Source of the DNA: an uncultured delta proteobacterium
Lineage (GTDB): Bacteria; Myxococcota_A; Polyangia; Polyangiales; Polyangiaceae
Assembly: GCA_963806225.1 (NCBI GenBank)
Contig: CAWDXG010000004.1
Coordinates: 2,496,001-2,560,000 of the forward strand
Length of the DNA stretch: 64,000 nucleotides
Direction: 5' to 3'
Shown: positions 59,016 through 64,000 of the stretch, piece after piece
Position numbering within the stretch: position 1 is the first letter of the stretch
Layout of the letters: each line of letters begins with the position of its first letter
The notes under the pieces: model-generated
The model's database searches: none
The model's input: the letters and a program-made list of their open reading frames with translations, nothing else
Told to the model about the DNA's origin: nothing
Program-made: the position numbers and the translations under genes

Positions 59016-61109
59016 TCAGTCGCGCGCGCGAGCGCTCTGCCGGCGGGGTGTGCGACGACGCCTGGCGCGGGGGCCACGGCCGGGCACGCCGTGCTTTGCG
59101 TGCATCAGCGCCAGCCGCTCGGCGAGCTGGGCGGATAGCAGCGGCGGTACGGCATTGCCGATCATCGAGTAGCCGTCGACGATGCCGGCGGTGCGGAAGC
59201 GGAAGAAATCGGGGAAGGACTGCACCCGGGCCGCTTCGCGCATGCTGATGGGGCGATCTTCCCAGGGGTGGAAGTAGCCGTAGGTGTCCTTGCCGATGTG
59301 CGCGACGATGGTCTTGCACGGACGGTTGGCCGAGAGCCGCTCGAACCAGTCGCCGTGCTGCTCGAAGCCGCGCGCGAGGTAGCCGGACGAGAGCAGGTGG
59401 TGCGCCTCGTCCAGCTCCGCTTCCTCCATCATCAGCCGCAGCAGCAGGCCGCCGTCCACGCGGCGCAGCAATGCCTGCACCTCGCCGGGGGGCGGCAGGT
59501 CCACGAGCGCGGCGGTGCGCTGGCGCTTCTCGAGCGCGGCGAGCAGCGCGCGAAGCTCCGCGAGCGTCGGCGAGCTTCTGAGCTTGTAGTCCATCCAGCG
59601 CTGGCCGGGGCCGAACTTTCTCATCAGCGCCTGGTCGTCGGGGCGCGCGCGGCGGACGATGTGCGCGTCGGTGCGCGGCGGGCATTGGGTCGTGCCCGGA
59701 GCGGGTTGGCGTACAAAGCGAAGGTAGCGGAGCTCGGCCGCGGGCAGGCGCTCGTCGATGAGCGTGTAGGCGTCGACCTCGTGGTCGGGGCGCGCGCCGC
59801 CGTCGCCGAACGCGAACTCGCCGGGCGGCGCGAGGCCGGACAGCGCTACCGAGAGCGGCACGTCGTCCATCGGCGGGAGATCGAAGAACTCGCGGGCGGC
59901 GTCCTTCGAGCCAGGCCCGGCGCGGAAGCCGACCATCAGGTAGCGCTGCCGGTCCTGCGGCACCGCATGCTGGCGCGCCTTGATCACGCGCGACCCGACT
60001 TCGTAGGAAAGCTCGCTGCCCGACAGCGCCGCGATCGCTTCGGCGAGCACCGCCGCCGCGTCGAGCTGGCCATTCGGCGTGCGCAGCACGGACGAGAAGT
60101 GCGACACGTTCTCGAAGATGAAGGCGTCGGGGCGAAGCGCTTCGAGGAACAGCACGTACTTGTGCAGGAGCGCGTTGCGCTCGTCGCCGTAGTGGTCGCT
60201 GGTCCAGGCCGAGGCGCCCTGCTCGCGCAGCCGCTCGAGCACGGCGCGGCCGATGCGGCTGAAGCCCTTGCACGGCGGGCCGCCGAGCACGAGCTGGACG
60301 CGCCGGCCGTCGTCGTAGAGCTCGCGCAGGCGCGCTTCGGCTTCCAGCGAACACGCGGCACGCAGGCTGTCGCGGCGCGCGCGCCAGCGCACCCACAGCT
60401 GGCGCAGCTCGCGGCCCGGCTCGCTCTCGAGGAAGGCGACCAGCGTGCCGGCTCGCTTCGGCACGACGCGGTGCTGGCCACGGCCGCGACGCTTGGCTCC
60501 CTGCCCGAGGCGCTCGAGCCCGCTGTCCCAGAGCTCCTCGGCGCCTTGCCTGAGCGCGCGCACCACGGGAACCTCGAGCGACGCATCGGCGGGCGCGATA
60601 AGCTCGTACTCCTGTTGCCACGGCTGCGCGGCCAGCTCCGCCGTGCGCAGCGACGCGAGACCGATACGCGCAAGGAAGCCGCGGCAAACCGCCAGGGACA
60701 AGACCTTCGAATCCACGCGGGCGAGCGCGGCGCGGAAGCGCGGCGAGTCGACCAGCTTGCGCCGTGCGGTGTCGTAGTCGGCGTCGATCGTGCGGAGACC
60801 GGAAAGGAACGGGCCCAGCCCGACCTTGCCGAGCTCCTTTTCGAGCGCCGCCTCCCCGCGCGCCAGCGCCAGGTGCGTCAGGTAGTAGAAGAGGATCTCG
60901 CTCGGATGGTGGAACCAGGAGATGTCGCACTGCCGCCCCGTCGGCACGCGCCCGGAACGCGACGGGAAGTTGTCGTTGTAGCAGCGCAGCGCGACCGCGT
61001 CGTTGTCGATGCCGAGCACCGTATCGTACGTGGTAGGCCCGCCCGCGAGTTCGAACCCGAGCGAAAGCCCGCCACAGCCGCAGAACAGATCGACGACGCG
61101 GACGCGCAT
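59016..61109 (-). CDS. DNA (cytosine-5)-methyltransferase with large insertions
   Basis: DLFCGCGG, GGPPCKGFS, FENV, VPQDRQR, HPWEDRPISMREAARVQSFPD, IGNAVPP. Confidence 0.92.
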   Translation of the reverse strand: MRVRVVDLFCGCGGLSLGFELAGGPTTYDTVLGIDNDAVALRCYNDNFPSRSGRVPTGRQCDISWFHHPSEILFYYLTHLALARGEAALEKELGKVGLGPFLSGLRTIDADYDTARRKLVDSPRFRAALARVDSKVLSLAVCRGFLARIGLASLRTAELAAQPWQQEYELIAPADASLEVPVVRALRQGAEELWDSGLERLGQGAKRRGRGQHRVVPKRAGTLVAFLESEPGRELRQLWVRWRARRDSLRAACSLEAEARLRELYDDGRRVQLVLGGPPCKGFSRIGRAVLERLREQGASAWTSDHYGDERNALLHKYVLFLEALRPDAFIFENVSHFSSVLRTPNGQLDAAAVLAEAIAALSGSELSYEVGSRVIKARQHAVPQDRQRYLMVGFRAGPGSKDAAREFFDLPPMDDVPLSVALSGLAPPGEFAFGDGGARPDHEVDAYTLIDERLPAAELRYLRFVRQPAPGTTQCPPRTDAHIVRRARPDDQALMRKFGPGQRWMDYKLRSSPTLAELRALLAALEKRQRTAALVDLPPPGEVQALLRRVDGGLLLRLMMEEAELDEAHHLLSSGYLARGFEQHGDWFERLSANRPCKTIVAHIGKDTYGYFHPWEDRPISMREAARVQSFPDFFRFRTAGIVDGYSMIGNAVPPLLSAQLAERLALMHAKHGVPGRGPRARRRRTPRRQSARARD

Positions 61110-61175
61110 GGGCGAACGCCACCGTAGCTCCTGGGCTCCATCGCGGTCAACGCGCGGCTGCCCGCGGACCGGCGG

Positions 61176-61682
61176 TCAGGGCTGGTACACCTCGACCGTC
61201 CAGGCCTTGATCCGGTCCCGGTCGCGTTGCAACTCGAAGCCCCAGTTGCCCAGCGGGTCGTCCGCATCGAAATACATGTCCTGGCAGAAACGGCCGGACC
61301 CGCGCAGGTGGGGCGCGGACAGCCGCACCTCGCCGGCTTCCGACTTCTGGCCCGAGGTCAGGCGGAGTGTCTTGATGGGCGCTGGAGGCCGCACCACGAC
61401 CTCCATCTTCCCGAGCTGCTCGCCCTGGGTGTAGTCGAAGCACACGCCGAAGGAATGTGCGATGTCCCCCTTCCTGGCGGCAACGCGGGGCAGGCGTGTA
61501 GCCGGCGCCTTGATCGCAAGGTGCCCGGTCGGTTTGCGGAGGAGCGTCCCGAGCTGCGCGTTCGTCACCGTGCCGCCCCTCTTGCACGCGAGCAGCACGA
61601 GCACCAGGAAGACAAACGACCCCAGCGCGAAGCCCCGATTCTTCACGGCGGGAAGGCTACCGGAACCACGACGGCGGGACAA
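61176..61682 (-). CDS. Hypothetical lipoprotein (start uncertain)
   Basis: LLAC lipobox; beta-rich ...DDPLGNWGFEL. Confidence 0.65.
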   Translation of the reverse strand: MSRRRGSGSLPAVKNRGFALGSFVFLVLVLLACKRGGTVTNAQLGTLLRKPTGHLAIKAPATRLPRVAARKGDIAHSFGVCFDYTQGEQLGKMEVVVRPPAPIKTLRLTSGQKSEAGEVRLSAPHLRGSGRFCQDMYFDADDPLGNWGFELQRDRDRIKAWTVEVYQP

Positions 61683-61711
61683 TCACCGCAGGCCGCGCCG
61701 TGGCACGGCGG

Positions 61712-62884
61712 TTAGTGCAGGAACAACCTGAGCGCCGACTGCACGACGACCATGCCGTACTGATCAGCGGCGGCGGTGACGTCGGCGTCGCGCACCGAGC
61801 CGCCCGCATGCACGACGTAGCGGACATTGCTGCGGCTGGCACGGTCGATGTTGTCGCGGAACGGGATGAAGGCGTCGGAGCTCAACGCAACGCCGTCGAA
61901 GCGCTTCGCCCACTCGAGGCGCTCCTGCCGCGTGATGGGCTCGGGCCGCTCGGTCAGCGCGCCCATCATGGCCTCGAGCTCGACGTCCGACAGCTCGTCC
62001 CAGAGCAGGTACTGGTCGATTGCGTTGGTCTTGTCGGGTCGCTTTGCGCCTTCCTTGAAGGCGAGCCCCTGCACCTTCGGGTGCATCTGCAGAAACCACT
62101 TGTCGGCCTTGCTGCAGGCCAGGCGCGTGCAGTGGATGCGCGACTGTTGCCCGGCGCCCATTCCGATGACCTGGCCGTCATAGGCCACGCAGACCGAGTT
62201 CGACTGCGTGTACTTGAGCGCGACGGTACCGACCAGCAGCGTCTCGACCACGTCGTCGGGGATGTCCTTCTTCTTCGAGACGACATGCTTCAGGAGATCG
62301 CGCGTGACCTTTTTCGTGTTGCGCGTCTGCTCCAGGCGGAAGCCGAACAAGTCCCGATCCTCGCGCTCCGGCGGCTCGTAGCCCTTGTCGATCTCGAGGA
62401 CGAGGAAGGCACCTTTCTTCTTGGCCTTGAGGATCTCGAGCGCCTCGGGCTCGTAGCCCGGCGCGATCAGCCCGTCCGAGACCTCCTTGGCCAGGAACTT
62501 CGCGAGCGACACGTCGCACACGTCGCTGACCGCGGCGAAGTCGCCAAACGACGAGAGGCGATCGCCGCCGCGCGCCCGCGCGTATGCCGTCGCCACGGGA
62601 GAGAGCGCGTCCGGCTCGCTGATGAACTGCGACGCGGCAAAGGCTTCACCGAGAGGCCGCGCGATCGCTGCGCCGGCCGGGCTCACGTGCTTGAACGACG
62701 CGGCGCCGGGCTTCCCCGTGGCCATGCGGAGCTCGCGGGCGAGCTGCCATGCGCCGAAGGCGTCGAGCAGGTTGATGTAGCCCGGCTTGCCGTTGAGGAT
62801 GCGGAGGGGCGAGGGTTCGCGGTCCACGATCAACCGCGCAAACTCCTGATGCGGATTCGCTCCGTACTTCAGCTTGACTTCCAT
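61712..62884 (-). CDS. purH: AICAR transformylase (stand-alone PurH C-terminal domain)
   Basis: LKYGANPHQ, GYINLLDA, SFKHVSPAG, YTQSNSV, GAGQQSRIHC, SDAFIPFRDN, GGSVRD, RLFLH; no IMP cyclohydrolase domain. Confidence 0.9.
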   Translation of the reverse strand: MEVKLKYGANPHQEFARLIVDREPSPLRILNGKPGYINLLDAFGAWQLARELRMATGKPGAASFKHVSPAGAAIARPLGEAFAASQFISEPDALSPVATAYARARGGDRLSSFGDFAAVSDVCDVSLAKFLAKEVSDGLIAPGYEPEALEILKAKKKGAFLVLEIDKGYEPPEREDRDLFGFRLEQTRNTKKVTRDLLKHVVSKKKDIPDDVVETLLVGTVALKYTQSNSVCVAYDGQVIGMGAGQQSRIHCTRLACSKADKWFLQMHPKVQGLAFKEGAKRPDKTNAIDQYLLWDELSDVELEAMMGALTERPEPITRQERLEWAKRFDGVALSSDAFIPFRDNIDRASRSNVRYVVHAGGSVRDADVTAAADQYGMVVVQSALRLFLH

Positions 62885-63109
62885 GACCGTTCCTCCGCCG
62901 TGTTCCGGCCGCGAGCCTAGGACGGCACAATCCGCACTGTCCAGGGCGGCTGCGCGCCCCCGGGTGAGTGGCTATTTCCGGGTCTGTTGCAGCCGCCCGT
63001 CGCGGCGTCCGGCGCCGGGCTCATGAGCAGTGCGTCGACATTGGCGGCGCGTACCAGGGCTGCACGACGGGGTCGAGAGCCGCGGACCGCGGCACACAGC
63101 CCGCGCTGT

Positions 63110-64000
63110 CTAGGGCGTGCCGACCTTCACCGATATTCCCAGGTCGTTCCAGCCGTCGGACGCGCTCCACATGTTCTGGTCGGCGAAGCGGATCATGCGG
63201 CGCGGATCAGCGGCGAGGTGCGAAGACGGATCCGGCATCCGGACGTGCAGCTCGTAGCTCTGTCCCGCAACCAGGCCCGTCGGGGCAATGAAGGACAGAT
63301 CGACGGTCGCCGAGGCTCCGCCGAGCGGCATCTGGCGACGGGCATCGTCGAGAGCGGTCACGGCGAAGGGGCCCCCTGGACCCGTGAACACGATCTCCAG
63401 CGGGCGGGCATTGTACAGCTTGCCGAAACCCTTGTTCGTGAACGACAGCGATGCCTTCATCGCGCCGCCAGCGAAGACCGTCCGGGGTACGGTGGCCCTG
63501 TCCAGCGTGAAGCGGTAGCCGAGACGGCGGCTGATTTCCGCCAGGCAACCCTGGCTCTGCCACCTGTTGTAGATGTCCGGCCAGTACGCACTGTTCAGAT
63601 AGTCCCAGTTCGAGGCTGCCATCTCCGCCAGTGCGGCCTGGCAGTCATTGGAAGCGTTCAGCCCACCGATGTCGCACGTCTCGCCGCCCGTGGCGACAAT
63701 GCGGGTCACCGCCGCGGCAATCGCGCGATCCTGCTGGAGCGTTGTGCCGTCGTAGGCATCGTACCACCCGCCGTTGTCGCTGCCGTCGAGGAAGCAGTCG
63801 TTGTGCAGGGCCACGCGACTCTGTTCGGACCCGTCGAAGCGATTGGCTTCCTTGGGCAGCGCTGTGTACCAGCCGAACTTGTACGAGCTGGACAGATCGG
63901 CCGGACCCAGGAAATTCGGCTTGCGGAACTCGATCATCATCCCGGCCGGAGCCGCGGCCACGAGCGCATCCTTGATCTGGTCACGGTACAGGCCGTTCTT
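63110..64000 (-). CDS. DUF4832 domain protein, 5' end outside the window
   Basis: HNDCFL, GGETC, YLN..Y....W...GC..EI.RRLGYRF, N.GF...YN.R. Confidence 0.8.
   Translation of the reverse strand, partial: KNGLYRDQIKDALVAAAPAGMMIEFRKPNFLGPADLSSSYKFGWYTALPKEANRFDGSEQSRVALHNDCFLDGSDNGGWYDAYDGTTLQQDRAIAAAVTRIVATGGETCDIGGLNASNDCQAALAEMAASNWDYLNSAYWPDIYNRWQSQGCLAEISRRLGYRFTLDRATVPRTVFAGGAMKASLSFTNKGFGKLYNARPLEIVFTGPGGPFAVTALDDARRQMPLGGASATVDLSFIAPTGLVAGQSYELHVRMPDPSSHLAADPRRMIRFADQNMWSASDGWNDLGISVKVGTP

Noticed and set aside
62885..63109. ZMP/ZTP riboswitch upstream of the purH-like gene
   Set aside because: No GACTGGCG...GTGG core found; only a partial GCCGCCCTGG resemblance

Overview
High-GC chromosomal window that looks myxobacterial (Polyangiales/Sorangiineae-like), judged from Cys-rich lipoproteins with Gly/Ser linkers, a MYXO-CTERM tail, a Ser/Thr kinase-ATPase-TPR protein and an ECF sigma/TPR module. 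It holds about 45 CDS and I see no rRNA, tRNA or CRISPR array. Highlights: (1) an FNR-like regulator with FNR-type boxes upstream of itself, of a B12 radical SAM gene and of a 4-heme hydrazine-synthase-alpha-like lipoprotein. (2) An internally deleted group II intron inserted at the start codon of an apparently leaderless CHAP/NlpC-like lipoprotein gene; the intron 3' end rebuilds the ATG and adds an SD-like sequence. (3) Three diverged local duplications (radical SAM promoter, EamA 5' end, class III cyclase) that leave orphaned 5' fragments abutting convergent genes. (4) An unknown HTH/degenerate P-loop protein behind a perfect 24-bp palindrome. (5) An orphan, insertion-rich C5 DNA methyltransferase. 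(6) A halide/thiol methyltransferase next to a D-cysteine desulfhydrase-like gene. (7) A TetR/FadR-controlled acyl-CoA/ThDP/SDR/GMC catabolic cluster. Several single-base frameshifts look like assembly errors. All family calls come from motif recognition by eye; no database search was run.
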